Assembly: GCF_018977255.1 (NCBI RefSeq)
Contig: NW_024704743.1
Span: forward strand, 66,962,001 to 67,022,000
DNA length: 60,000 nt
From: Callorhinchus milii
Lineage: Eukaryota
Reading direction: 5' to 3'
Both the position numbers and the translations under genes were made by a program. Shown here one piece after another: positions 1-12,670 of the stretch. Every line of letters starts with the position of its first letter. Within the stretch, counting starts at the first letter, position 1. Below the pieces are notes generated by a model, which worked only from the letters and a program-made list of their open reading frames with translations, was not told where the DNA came from and made no database searches.

Positions 1-84
1 AATAAAGACAAAATGTCTGTCTGTGTGTCTGTCCGCCAATAACTCAATAATTGGGGGTATCTCCTCGTGCTGATGAGCTATAAT

Positions 85-360
85 AATATAAAAACATTCC
101 TTGCATTTGATATAGCGCTTTTCACGTCTTCAAGCCGTCTCAAAGCGCCTCACAGAATATACTGTAAAGTGAATTGACTGTATATTTGTGGGCAAAACGC
201 AGCAGTGTCCCACAAACAGTCATGGATTGAGTGCCCGAATTATTATAATTTATTTGTTTTTTTCATGAGGGATTATTATTATCATTAATAATATTATTAT
301 TATTAGCAGGCATTTGGAGTAAGGAAACTTGCCCAAGGTTTCACCCTGCTGAGAATCAAG
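85..360 (-). mobile_element. tRNA-derived SINE (dominant family in the window), partial
   Basis: Reverse complement of the family tail ...gtgaagcgctttgagacg...aaagcgctatatcaaatgcaagg and the core. Confidence 0.85.
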
Positions 361-980
361 ATGACCTAAACAAGCTCATCGCACACTTATGGCAGTTTTG
401 CTTAAGTTGTGCCCACAGGGTTTATGGCATATAAAATGGTTTGTGAGTGGTATCACTGAAAATGCCAGCTCTAAAAACGAGTATACAAAAAATACAATTG
501 TTTTGCTTAAGATGTACACACAGTGTTTATGGCATGTTAACCGGTGTGTGAGTGGTGTCACTGAAATCTATATTCTATATGGGGTCCTTTGATTGCAACA
601 GTAGCTGAAACGGGTACAGCTATTACTATACACTGTGCTTATACATAATGCCTCTCCCTTTATTTACTCTGAAATTTGTCCTAATTCCTCAGGATTGATG
701 GGTTAAACTATCAACACAAATGCTGAAACAAGAAACTAAAAAGGGTTTAAAAAACAACTGCACAAGTTCATGTCAAATAATAATAATTCTTTCATTTCAT
801 GTAGCAATTGTTCATGTTGTTGAGACATTTCAAAGTGCTTTGCAGTATTTTACCTCAAAGTGTAGTGACTGTGATTTTTGTAGGCGAACAAAAGCTTGTA
901 GGTATACAGAATAGCTAATCTGATCTAATGTGATGACTTGAACTGTAGTAAAGAAGGTCTTCACAAATACATACACTCAC

Positions 981-1155
981 CTGACAATGTGTGTGAAGTT
1001 ACACCAATACTTGGGATGGATCTGGTTAATCTGTTCTTCAAAGGACTTTCCACAAATTTGCATAACTTCTAATATAGCAGTCTCATTGCAGAGCTTGTTT
1101 TTATTCACTGCCTGGCTTGATTGTGACTCATTATATAGATTGGTATGTTCTTTGG
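981..1155 (-). CDS. RAMP3: RAMP3-like extracellular-domain exon (AKEHT...CNETAILEVMQICGKSFEEQINQIHPKYWCNFTHIVR); terminal exon lies beyond the window start
   Basis: The CNET...CGKxF...WCN cysteine pattern matches RAMP3 (human CNETGMLERLPLCGKAF...WCNLSEFIV). Acceptor ttttctag, phase-2 donor AG|GTGAGT. Confidence 0.85.
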
Positions 1156-2341
1156 CTAGAAAATTGAACAGAAATAAAATAATGTGAACACATAAGTATT
1201 TTGAATGTCTGTTTTTTCCCAAAAAATCAAAGTGACAGTACAATAGTTCCTTTTGTTGATGCCAAGGTCTTACTATAAATTAGAAACTGTTTTTGTTGCA
1301 ATATCCAACATTTAAAATTGTTGCATGCAAATGCAATCTTCAGGAAAAATCATGGTGTAGGTCACTTCCAAATTAATAATAATAATCCTTGTGTTTGATA
1401 TAGCACCCTATCACATCGTCGAGGCATCTCAAAGGCTATACTAAATGCAAGGAATATGATTATTATAAGGTGGATTGATTATGTATTTTGAGGGCGAATT
1501 AAATTAAACTTAGTTAAACACGCAACTTGTTTTTTTTTCAATTTTTTTTATTGTCCAAGTTTGCTCCCCTCTCGCTCTCCATTTTCTTTCTCTTATAGTA
1601 TATTTCCATGGGTGGTCTGGGCTACCTCACTCAAGTGGCTGTTTTTCATGTATGTCCCTAAACAGTGAATACAGTATGAGACAGCTCCGAACAGGTGAAA
1701 AGTAATAATGATTTACTTCCCATTTCAAAGCATTCACCTAGATCATTACAATGCATACAAGTCTTTCGGAACAACCAGTTGAAGAGACATGGATTTTAAT
1801 TAAACCTGGGGCAGATTGTGTTTAACGATAAATGCATGAAAGTCTTTGAAAACGTTGCTATCTATCCCCACCGTTTACCTCACACATAGAAAACAACATC
1901 TTCACCTCAGCAATAAGCAGCTGATTGAAGCTAGATCCAGCGCTTTCATGCCACTCAAATTTTCTGCTTTCTAATTTTGAGGTTTTTTAAATTAAAATTT
2001 GATATGAACTTGGAGCAATATTTGATGCTTAATAGTATTGTGGGTCCCTGCTACCAGAGGCAAACATTTTGCATTAATGGCAGTGTCTTTTATTATTATT
2101 GGCATTAACCTTTAAAAAAGCATTTGAAAATATTAAACTGTACCCTGTACTAACTGTCTGCTGGCTTGCAATTTACCAATGTAAATATACACAAAGAATA
2201 TGGGTGTACCTATTTGGACACCCCCAGTAAAATGACAACAGACAGACCATGTTGTGAGACTGAAAGGGTAAGGGACACAGCAGAAATGTACGAGATCAGG
2301 GGTTCAAACCCTTCTATTTCCTAAGGAGACTTTGCTCTTAC

Positions 2342-2371
2342 CTGACAGCGCAGAAATCAAACAACTGTTAC
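2342..2371 (-). CDS. RAMP3: RAMP3-like 30-nt micro-exon ((G)NSCLISALS)
   Basis: Pyrimidine-rich acceptor ttttgtgtgttttctag and donor CAG|GTAAGA. Phase 1-1, and it preserves the frame between the flanking exons. Confidence 0.65.
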
Positions 2372-3275
2372 CTAGAAAACACACAAAACCAGAATGTAAG
2401 AACAGATAGCAAAAATATTACTGGACTGCTAAGCAATTATCAGCAGTGGCCAAATAATTTATAAAATTGCCAAGCGATATATATTTACTGTGAAATCAGA
2501 GTATAAAGTGAAAGAAAATAACAGTGATCCTGATATTTTGAACCAATTGTGCTCAAAAGATTTTTTAAAATGTTCTTCCTCAGTACCTTTTGAAGAGCAA
2601 CAATGATCCTTTATGTGGGGTCTAGTGAGCTCTAGTGCCATTTATATGTGACCAGTGAGCATTGTTAGTGACCTGACACAGTCACTGTCCTTAAAAATTC
2701 AGAGACCTGGGATTGGGGTTCTTGCAGTTTAAAGTTTACATTGAGTGAGAATGAGAGAGAGAGAGAGAGGAAGCAATGAGTGGAAACAAAAAGCAGAAGA
2801 TTGACACAGGCAAATGATCAAAACTGATCAAACTTCTGAAAAGTAAAATAGCCAACCAATGAAAAAAAACAAACGGGAGAGAAAATGTTTTAGACATTTC
2901 ATGTTGTTTTTTTTTAACAAAAGACAAAACACACACAGAAAAGTGGCCAATCCATCCACACACACACACATATATATATATATTGAGATAAGAAACGAGA
3001 AAATCCCAATTGACCCCATGATGGTTGAAATGAGAAACTGGTGTCTGGTTTAGTGTGTTTTTGAAGAGGAGGAGAGTATTTGAGAAATGTTTTCCGAATA
3101 TATTTTTTTTCTGAAACAAAAAACAAGACACTCTCTCTCTCTCACACTCACTCACACTTTCTCTCTCTCTCTCTCATGCTCTGCGTTACACAGATCCGAT
3201 CAACGTGTGGGGTGGGAGACACCAGGTCGCTGCAGTGCATTGGATAGAGATATTATACATAAATTCACTACCTAC

Positions 3276-3333
3276 CCCACACAGCCAAAAGCAAACAGTG
3301 AAGAAGAAGAAGAATAAAAGCATCTTTCTCCAT
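3276..3333 (-). CDS. RAMP3: RAMP3-like coding exon 1 (signal peptide MEKDAFILLLLHCLLLAVW)
   Basis: ATG at 3333 on the minus strand, a hydrophobic signal peptide, then a phase-1 donor TGGG|GTAGGT. It joins in frame to the downstream exons. Confidence 0.8.
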
Positions 3334-3611
3334 CACGATCCACTGGGGTTTGGGAAAGCGTTGCATCCAGAGGAGGGATCCTCGCCTTCAGAACATCTGG
3401 AAGAACATCCCAGAGATACCTGTGCTTGGGATGCACATAGCAGGGCAGGGGGTTAGGTTAAGGTGAGGTTAGGGTACCCTGATGGTAAGTTTGCAGCCTT
3501 CTCCCCCAATTCCAGCCTCACAGTGGATTAGCAAAACCTCTCCAAAGAGCACATCTCCTTTTTTTTTCCAGTTGCTCTCCTTCTCTGTCCTGCGATGCTC
3601 CTGTCCTCGGG

Positions 3612-3880
3612 CTGGGGGAGCACTGGGTGCTGGGGGAGCACTGGGTGAGCACTGGGTGCTGGGGAGGCACTGGGTGCTGGGGGGGCACTGGGTGCTGGGG
3701 GAGCACTGGGTGCTGGGGGAGCACTGGGTGCTGGGGGAGCACTGGGTGCTGGGGGGGCACTGGGTGCTGGGGGAGCACTGGGTGCTGGGGGGGCACTGGG
3801 TGCTGGGGTGAGCACTGGGTGCTGGGGGAGCACTGGGTGCTGGGGGGGCACTGGGTGCTGGGGGAGCACTGGGTGCTGGG
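3612..3880. repeat. 18-bp G-rich minisatellite (GGGGGAGCACTGGGTGCT)n, about 15 copies
   Basis: Directly visible tandem array. Each unit carries the inverted repeat AGCAC-tgg-GTGCT. Confidence 0.95.
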
Positions 3881-4430
3881 ATGCTGGGGGGTTGGTGGGG
3901 GGGGGGGGGGAGTTGAAGTGAGGTTTGATGGTGAGAGGGGGTTTGCAGATCTTTGCGATCTCTCCTCCTCCCTCTGAGCCACTGCTCTCCAATCGCTCTC
4001 TCTGCAGTGAGATCACATGGTGCTCAAACACACAGCATCACCTCCGTGTGAGCACCACCCGCTCTGCTCCCCTTCTCTTTTCTTTTTTTTTGTTGGGGAG
4101 GGGGGAGGGAGGGGGGGGGGGAGGGTGCTCTTATGTAATAAATGAGAGATGCTTTTAGGAAGGAAAATGCACTGCGATTTGTCGTGCAATTCGTGGGGTC
4201 TGACCAGGTCTGCGACTGGGATCGTAGCAAAAGAAAGCCACGAACTGCAGCTGCTTTTGCCCCCCCCCACCCCCCCCCCCCCCCACCACCACCCCCCACC
4301 CCCCCCCCCCCCCCCCCCGTGAAGTTGTTATTGTGGGTTTTGCATTATGCACACAGTGTACCGAAAGATCACGGATTGCATTCATTCCTCAGTGATCCAA
4401 ACAGGACACTGAGAGCAAAATCTCCGTTAT

Positions 4431-4709
4431 ACCACCAGCACCACCAGCACCACCAGCACCAGCACCACCACCAGCACCAGCAGCACCACCAGCACCAGCA
4501 CCAGCACCACCAGCACCAGCACCACCAGCAGCACCAGCAGCACCACCAGCACCACCAGCACCAGCAGCACCACCAGCACCACCAGCACCAGCACCACCAC
4601 CACCAGCAGCACCACCAGCACCAGCACCAGCAGCACCACCACCACCAGCACCACCAGCACCAGCACCACCACCACCAGCACCACCACCACCAGCAGCACC
4701 ACCACCAGC
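4431..4709. repeat. Mixed (CAC/CAG)n trinucleotide tract
   Basis: Uninterrupted ACC/AGC triplet array of about 280 bp. Confidence 0.95.
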
Positions 4710-6149
4710 AGAGTGTTGATCAAACAACTGCTCAACATCACACGGGTATGGCTTCTGACTGCGACGATTGCTGACAACTTTTATTTTTGCAAAAAAAAAA
4801 TCACTGTCCAACTCTCCATTGCATCAATGAAACTGCGTCGCTGTGAACAGCGTCGGGATTCGTGCAGGGAAGATTTATTGCATGGGGAGTTGCCCACCCT
4901 CGGGTAACCCTCTCCCAAGCCTGGCTTTGCAAATATTACGAGGTGTTTTCAAATAATAATTTCACCAGGAAATTGCCTTGGTGCAAAGCCTGGTTTCCTG
5001 GGGATTCAGTGGCATTAGCACAGCAAACAGCACAGCACATTACCAGATGGGTTGACAGCCCTGAGCTCCACGACTGGGACAGAGCAGCTCTGAAGTATTA
5101 AGGGTCTCAAGCAATTTCCCCAGAGAAATAAGATGGACCAGCAACTTCTGTTCAAAAAAAAAGAGTAGGTTTTGGCTGCTATAGGGGCCGATTCCAGACT
5201 GTTTCTCTGTCTACAGTAGTTCTTAAACGAAATCTCAGCCAAAAAAGCGTGACCCATCTCCTGGTGATAAATACATGTCTGTGGGTTGTCTTATTTGAGT
5301 TATAACTGAGATGCAACAAGACACAAGGATCTCTCTGGACATGTGGACATTTCTACGCCCTCTTCACTTTATACTGCAGTCTGTGAGTTGTATATCACAC
5401 CCAATTCTCCCCATTATTATTATTATTATTATTTCCCCTTCCTTCTGGGGCATTGAAGCCTTTCCTTCCCAACCAGATAATGAATTGAGCGCAAAACAAC
5501 AGTGACACCTCACGGTATGAGCATTTCCATTCAGAGATGATCTGCTTTTACTGATATCTTCATCGGATCAATTGCAAGTCAGTTTATTCCAACCAGTCGA
5601 CGAATGAATTGGTCATATCGATCCCGTTTCTCAGCAAAGTGCACAAAAACAACAAACTTGAATCCATTGCAATTGAAACAGGATTTTTTTTTAAAGTAGG
5701 AATATCTAAGGCAGTTTAACTCATACCTGGGGTCTTTAGTTGCTCTCTCCTGTGTGAGGTTAAATAAATATTGTAGTTATTTTTTTTGCATGCTATTCTA
5801 TTCATATTTTTATATTTATAGTGGAGGTGTCCTGGTTTCATGCAATATTAATCAAGATCCAAAAGAAACTTACCTTTAAATCATGAAGCCCACAATGCTG
5901 GTTGTTCTGCTTCTTGTGCAGAGCAGAATATTCTCAAGTGGTCACCACCAGGGTTGCTGACCAGTGAGGGGGGGAATCCTCAATGATATTCAGAAGCAAT
6001 GAGAAGAGTGTCTCACAGCTGTCAGCTGTGGGAGTAAGTGGGCTCTGGTCTTTATTGCCACATAAACTGCAAGGTGGCTATTAGGTGCCATTCACTGCTG
6101 AAGCTGCTGGTGATCAGCTGACCACCACTGAGTGAGTGCCCACAATTTT

Positions 6150-6572
6150 TTAATAATAATAATCCTTGCATTCAATGTAGCACCTTATCACATTGCAGAA
6201 ACGTCTCAAAGCACTTTACATGATAAACTGTAAAGTGGATTGACTGCGTATTTTGTGGGCAAATGTGGCAGCCAGGTTAGCGCACAGCGATGTCCCATAA
6301 AACAGCCATGGAGTAAGTGACTATTTTTTTATTTGGGGGGATTGTTGGCCAGGACACCAGGAGAAACTGCTTTCTCTTTTCAAACAGCGCCATCAGATCT
6401 TTTACATCTGTCTGAATAGGTAGACAGGACCTCGGTTTAACGTCTCATCCAAAAGATGGCCCCTTCGACAATGACCCCCCCCCACCCCAACACTGCATTG
6501 GAGTGTCATCTTAGACTATGTGATTCCAAATCCCGATGTAGGGCTTCAACCCACAACCTTCTGTCTCAGAGC
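6150..6572 (-). mobile_element. DeuSINE-like element (SacSINE1/AmnSINE1-type central domain)
   Basis: SINE tail plus the segment ggacctcggtttaacgtctcatccaaaaga...cactgcattggagtgtca...acccacaaccttctg, typical of Deu-domain SINEs. A second copy lies at 26025-26415. Confidence 0.65.
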
Positions 6573-6699
6573 TTCTTGAAGATGGGAAGGAAGGATGGTT
6601 CAAGTTGAAGTAACTATAGATCTTGGATCCTTATTCCATTCATTGAGGTAACATATAAATATCACATGGTGTCATCTTATAATACCATAATCTTTACAT

Positions 6700-7590
6700 T
6701 TTGCATTGGTCACTCTCGGCGATGTCATCTGCAGACGTGGGGACAACTTCCACACGTATGCGGATGACACTCAAATCTACTTCTCCAGCTGCGACTCCCA
6801 GTCTGCCGATGTTCTGTCACTTTGTTTGACAGACATCAGGCCTGGATGAGCACATTTCCTGCAGCTGAATGTCAGTAAGACAGAAGCCATACTCTTTGGC
6901 TACCATCAACATCTTTTCTTCTGCAGGTCTGAACTTCTCAACCTCCCCGGGCTCTCCCTTAGACTTACCAAACCCATGCGACTGAGGTGTCGGGTTCAAT
7001 CTACACCTTTTATTTCTACCCTACATTCGTTTCTTGACCAGGACTGCTTTCTTCCACCTACATCACATTGCCTGCCTCCATCCATATCTCTCAACCAATG
7101 CAGCCGAAACCCTTGTCCACGCCTTAGTCACTTCTTGGCTGGACTATTCCAATGTCCTCCTCGGTGGCTTCCCCACCTCCACCACAAACAAAATTAAATT
7201 AATTCAAAACTCTGTCACCTGGATATTCACCCGCACAAAACTCTGTTCCCCTATCAACAAAAATATGTATATAGCGCCCCTCACACAGGGCAGCAGCCTA
7301 GAGTGCTTGGGATGCCAGTCCTCGCCAGGCTTCACTGGCTCCCAATTACCAAATAGATCGATTTCAAGATCCTCTCATTCACACCCTACCTCTCTGATCT
7401 GCTTACACCCCACTCCATCACCTGCCATCTCTGCTCGGCTGGCTCCGGCCTCCTGTTTGTCCCTTGACCCCTCTGCTCCACCAATAGTGGCCGTGCCTTC
7501 AAATATTATGCCCCTCTGGCACTCTCTCCCTCAATCCCTCCCCTTGCCCCTTCCTCCCCACTTTTAAATCCCACCTAAAAATCTTCCATT
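6700..7590 (+). mobile_element. L2 LINE 3' fragment (degenerate reverse transcriptase C-terminus)
   Basis: YADDTQ-like codons (tatgcggatgacactcaa) and AAETLVHALVTSWLDYSN motifs. Confidence 0.85.
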
Positions 7591-8747
7591 GGGTTAAAAA
7601 AATCTTCCATCCTCAAATTTCCCTTTGTAACTTTAAATCTATGTCCTCTTGTTCTACGGTCTTGGTGTATCCTAAAGTATTGTTCTGGGTTTACTTTTTC
7701 AATCTCATTTAAAATATACATTTCTATGAAGTCCCCTCTAAGATGTCTTCTCTTATGACTGAGGAGTCGTAGCTTGACTAATTATGTCCTTGAACAAGAC
7801 ATCACTCAGGAGTTTATCCCTGAACAAAATAGTGAGCATTCATGGTTTATGTGATGCAATAAATTAGAGTAACGTGTTGTATCCAGTAATTAATCCAGAG
7901 AAGCCTGTGAAGGTGAGAAAATCTCTGCCCTTTTAAAGAATTCAATATCACAGATAATTAGTAGTTTCTAACAAACATACACTTTTTTCTTGTATAGAGA
8001 ATTTTTTTCTATTTAGCTGTAACAACCAATTCTGTTATTAAACACTGACTGTCACTTCATCTGATGTATCTATGTATCTATGAGCCTTGGGGTTTCATTT
8101 ATCTCATTCTTTTCAATTGAATTTCGAGGTCAAAATGCACAAGCACATCTCCAGTGACTAATTTTGACCATCAGTAAATTACATTGCGATTTCCAATTAC
8201 TATCACTAATTGAAATCACATTGAAATCCAACACTTTATTTCAATTAAATTCAGGCTGTTAATGATTTTTAACTGAATGGGCAGCTTTCTGGATGACAAC
8301 CCTGTACCCATGACAGCAAACAAATGTGTTGGACAACATTCATTTAAATTTACATTTATCCCACTTTAAAAAAACAATAAGATTAGGGTATTGGTCTTCC
8401 TTAATTTAGTTCTCATAGAAGCCAATAGGCCTACTGGTTCATAAGTCTATAACCAATTGATCAAACATTAGTTCCTGAAATTGTTCCATTATGGACCAAA
8501 AACTGAAATCTGATTGAATGCTCCAATTAATGTAGCATGTTCATTTGACTAACTGATATTTGTCAAAAAAAGTAGTAAATTCCCTCATAACAATACAACA
8601 ATAACAACAACTTGCATATATGCAGTGTGTTTCATGTAGGATAATGTCTCAAAGAGTTTCACTGTGGCAGGGTTGGATGCCAAGTATGGGAGAAGGCAAG
8701 GAGGAGCATGACCTCATTTGAAAATGTAGGTTTCGAAGTGGGTTAAA

Positions 8748-9605
8748 CAACAACAACAAAATTACATTTCTATAGTGTCTTTCACATCGGGAGGATGTCC
8801 CTAGACCCTGGACAGTCAGTGTTTTGGACCCGAGTTGGGGGTCGGGATCGGGGAGGGTGGAGGGCAGGGGGGGAAGCAGGGTAATTGAAAGTATGGTCGA
8901 AGAGGTGGGTCTTGAAGGAGGCAAGGAGGGGGCAAGGTGGAGGGACTGCTGGATGGAGTTCCAGAGGGTGGGGGCAGACTGGCTGAAGGGCCACCCATCA
9001 ATGCTGAGGGGGCGAGGTTGGGGACATGAAGCAGGCCGGAGCCCACTGAGAGGAGGGAGCGGGCAGGATGGTAGGGGATTAGGAGGTCGCAGAGGTAGGG
9101 GGGGAACAAGGCCCAGGACAGCTTTGAAGATGAGGACCAGGATCTTGAACTGTATCCTCTGTGTGATGGGAAGCCAGTGGAGTCGGGCGAGGATGGGGTT
9201 GATAGGGTCACGGAGCCTGGTGTGGGAGAAGACACGGGCTGCAGAGTTCTGGATGATCTGCAGCCTATGGAGAGAGGAGTTGGGGAGGCCGACAAGCAAG
9301 GAGTTCGCACAGTCAAGCCTCGGTGTTATGAATGCGTGTATGAGGGTTTTGGCGACCTACGGTGTGAGAAGGTGGCTGAGCCGGATGATGTTCTGGAGGT
9401 GGGGGAAGGCAGAGCGGGTCATGGCACAGATGTGGGGTAGAAAGGATGGTTGAGGGTCAAACAGGATGCCAAAGTTCCGGACTGGCTTAGCAAAGTGGAG
9501 TGTGCAACCGTGGAGGGTGATGCTGTCAGCACTGAGGTGTGGAGGCGCTGATGGGAAACAATCAGAAGAGCCTCAGTTTTGTTGACGTTCATCAAGTCCT
9601 GGATG
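8748..9605 (-). mobile_element. L2 LINE 3' fragment with tail
   Basis: ORF contains LQIIQNSAARV...[17 protein letters not shown]; (TTG)n tail. Confidence 0.9.
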
Positions 9606-9981
9606 ACAGTTTACTTTCTTAAAGACTGATAAGAGAAATATTGAAGAGTTGGGATAGAGTCAGGGAGTTCCAACGTTTATGAGCTTTGTGTCATAGTTAT
9701 TAATCTATTTTAAGAATGTTCTACAACTTTCTGAATAGGATGTTTCAGCATAAGCAGAGCTACTGAAGGATCTTAATTTGTTGTTCTGCAATGTTGCTCA
9801 TGATAATTTGAAGCTGTGCATAATACCTTTCACATGTTTAGTGACATGTTTGGGTAAATTCTTTAGAAAGAAGCATGGCTACATCAGTTGAAACAATGAA
9901 AAAAGAACCAGAACATTAAAATAAATACATTTGCAGTAATTAAAGCTATTGCTTTGATGAGTATAACTAGATGGATCTCAA

Positions 9982-10342
9982 TGGAGTCCTGTAGCTTAGT
10001 GGTTAGAGCACTCGCCTCACAAATGAGAGACCTTGGTTCGATTCCCGGCAGATCGAAACGTTGGGCAAGTTTCCTTACTCCACCTACCTCTGTTTACCTA
10101 GCAGTAAGTAGGAACCCGGCTGTTAGTCGATTGGCGGATCACTTTACAGGGAGTAATAATCCCTTTCAAAAAAAGAAAGAATAAATTGGTCACTTCAATC
10201 CACGACTGTGTGTGGGACATTGTGGTGCGCAATTGGCTACCACGTTTTGCCCACAAAATGCACAGTAATTCACGTCACAGCATATTCTGTGAAGTGCTTT
10301 GAGACGGCTTGAAGACATGATAAGGTGCTATATCAAATGCAA
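9982..10342 (+). mobile_element. Full-length tRNA-derived SINE
   Basis: tRNA-like head with A and B boxes (tagcttagtgg, ggttcgattcc), core, L2-like tail and (TTA)n end. Confidence 0.9.
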
Positions 10343-10794
10343 GGATTATTATTACAATAATTTTTTTTCTAGTCCTGCACATTCCTCCTATCTAAGAAAT
10401 GTTTTGGCCACTCATACATTAGAGAAGAGAGTTGCCTTCAACGTATCTCTACCTCGCAAACAAGAAGAAGCAATATATGAACAAATCAACACTGTTTATT
10501 ATGGTATTGTCAGTGCACAGTGACTCCCAGGATTTTTCTCAGGTTCTCATCAAATGGGTTTGACGTACAAGCTGGTCTTCATATTGTGTGTGTGCCAAAG
10601 TCATTGCTCTTTGTTAATGTTGCAGTACCATCTGGTGGCAATTCAGTGCAACTATTTATTTTAAAGTATTGTACTGTTCGGCAGATCTATGTGTCAATAG
10701 TGACAATAAAGTTCCTTATTTTTTTNGTTCAGTCGTTAGATATTCAGAGCACAGCCAAGTTTTTTTTTTGCAAAATGTGTGTTAAACGCCTCTT

Positions 10795-11040
10795 GGCATT
10801 AAGTAGGAACCCGGTGATTAGTCGATTGGCGGTTTCCTTTCCAGGGTAATAATCCCTCAAAACAACACCAAAAAATATGGTCACTCAATCCACGACTGTT
10901 TGTGAGGCACTGCTGTGCTCAATCAGCTGCTGCGTTTCACCTACAAAATACACAGTCAATCCACTTTACAATATATTCTGTGAAGCGCTTTGAGACATTT
11001 CAATGACATAATAAGGCTCTATATCAAATGCAAGGATTAT
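10795..11040 (+). mobile_element. SINE, 5'-truncated
   Basis: Matches the core and tail of the 9982 copy. Confidence 0.85.
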
Positions 11041-11219
11041 CTGTGTATTGATAGAAAGAACAGGATTAAAATAGCCTGATGGATAACATGTGAAGTTTAA
11101 AATCCATCACTTGCCTTGGTACCTTTGATTATTTTGTACTAAAAAGTGCTCAAAACCTCACGATAGCCTAGTGAGTAAAGACACTGACTGTTGCAAAAGA
11201 TCATACAGACCAGAAATTT

Positions 11220-11400
11220 AAATAATCATTGCATTTGATGTAGTGCCTTATCACATCTTCTAGATGTCTCAAAGCGCTTCACAGAATATACTGTAAAGTG
11301 AATTGATTGTATATTTTTGTGGGCGAAACCTGGGAGCCAATTACTCACAGCAGTGTCCCACAAACAGTCCTGGATTGAGTGACCAAATTATTATTATTAT
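11220..11400 (-). mobile_element. SINE 3' part
   Basis: Reverse complement of the SINE tail. Confidence 0.8.
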
Positions 11401-12184
11401 TGTACTGGTCACTGGTTCAAATTTTGGTCTGTATAATATTTTGCTGCATATAACTAATCTTATCTGGGGCAACAGCTGGACATAATAAAAATAATAATAA
11501 CCTTTGCATTTGATCTATCACCTTTCATATCAGGAGGACATATCAAAGGGCTTCACCGAATTTACTCTAAAGTCTAGTGACTGTTTTTTACACAAACAAT
11601 TGTTTGTAGGCATCACAATTGGCCTCAGTGTTCTGCATCAGAGAGCCTCAAAAAGCATTAGAAAAATGTTTAGCATTTAACTGAAATTCAATTTCAACTC
11701 AACCAATAGAAAGCTATTCCTGCTAAAGTACTTCTCAAAACACATAAAAATTTTAAAACACATAAAAAGATTTAGCTGTACAGTGGCTCTAAATCTGCAC
11801 AATCTTTTTTATTTCCAATTCCATTCATAGATTGGAAGTTTATAAAAATAAAAACAACAAAATGACAAAACAGTTTAAAGTAAAAATGAAGTAAGATTAC
11901 AACTTATTCAGCGATTAAAAATATATCTTTTGATACTGAATAGACCACAAAATTTTAAAGTCTCTAACCTATTTCTCGAAAAAATTAGAAATTGATGTAT
12001 TTGCATTTTGATGGAAATCCCAGCAGTACTAACCTTCAAATGTCCTTCACTTGAAATAGCACAATGTTATTTAGCTGGAATTGCCAATGAAATTCTTTGT
12101 AGATAGACAATCGTGTCTGCAAAAAACTGATAGACTTTAGTATTTCTTCTATTTTTAGAAAGAGAATGATTCAGAGTACAATAC

Positions 12185-12670
12185 AACACAAAATTTTGTA
12201 GAGAACCTTTCACGTCGGGAGGACTTCCCAAGGTAAGGGACGGAAGGGGGGATTGGGGCAAGAGAGGGTGGTGGGCAGGGAGGGTAGGAGGGTGGCTGAA
12301 GGCAGTGTCTAAGAGGTAGGTCTTGAGGCGTGCCTTGAAGGAGGCAAGGGAAGGAGCAAGACAAAGGGAATGTGGGATGGAGTTTTAAAGGGTGGGGCAG
12401 AAAGGCTGAAGGCTCGACCGCTGATGGTGGGGCAGGCCGGGTGGGGGGACGTGGAGCAGGCAACAGCCTGGTGAGCAGAGGTAGCAGACAGGTTGATATG
12501 AGGTCCAGAGGTAGGAAGGAGCAAAGCTGTGGAGAGCCTTGACGGCAAGGACAAGGATTTTGAATTCTATGCTCTGAGGGATGGAGAGCCAGTGGAGCCG
12601 GGCCAGGGTGGGGGTAATGGGGTCACAGAGTCTGGTGCGGGAGAGGACAAGAGCTGCAGAGTTCTGGATG
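12185..12670 (-). mobile_element. L2 LINE 3' fragment
   Basis: ORF contains IQNSAALVLSRTRL...LHWLSIPQSIEFKILVL. Confidence 0.85.

Noticed and set aside
3449..3478. Telomere-like GGTTAG repeats near the RAMP3 5' end
   Set aside because: Too short and degenerate to call an interstitial telomeric sequence.
3482..4031. Repetitive ORFs (QHPVLP, APSAPP, EHWVLG)
   Set aside because: These are translations of the 18-bp minisatellite.
4142..4811. 210-aa poly-P/H/Q ORF and the opposite-strand Gly/Ala or Val/Leu ORFs
   Set aside because: They are open only because of the triplet repeat; there is no domain or splice structure.
5868..5960. Strong minus-strand donor (AAG|GTAAGT) and a short plus-strand signal-peptide-like ORF MKPTMLVVLLLV
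   Set aside because: The minus-strand frames contain stops close to the donor, and the plus ORF stops after 25 codons. At most this is an unverified non-coding exon.
9982..10050. tRNA-like sequences here and at 30641, 40270, 18200 and 55430
   Set aside because: They are SINE heads continuing into the SINE core, not tRNA genes.
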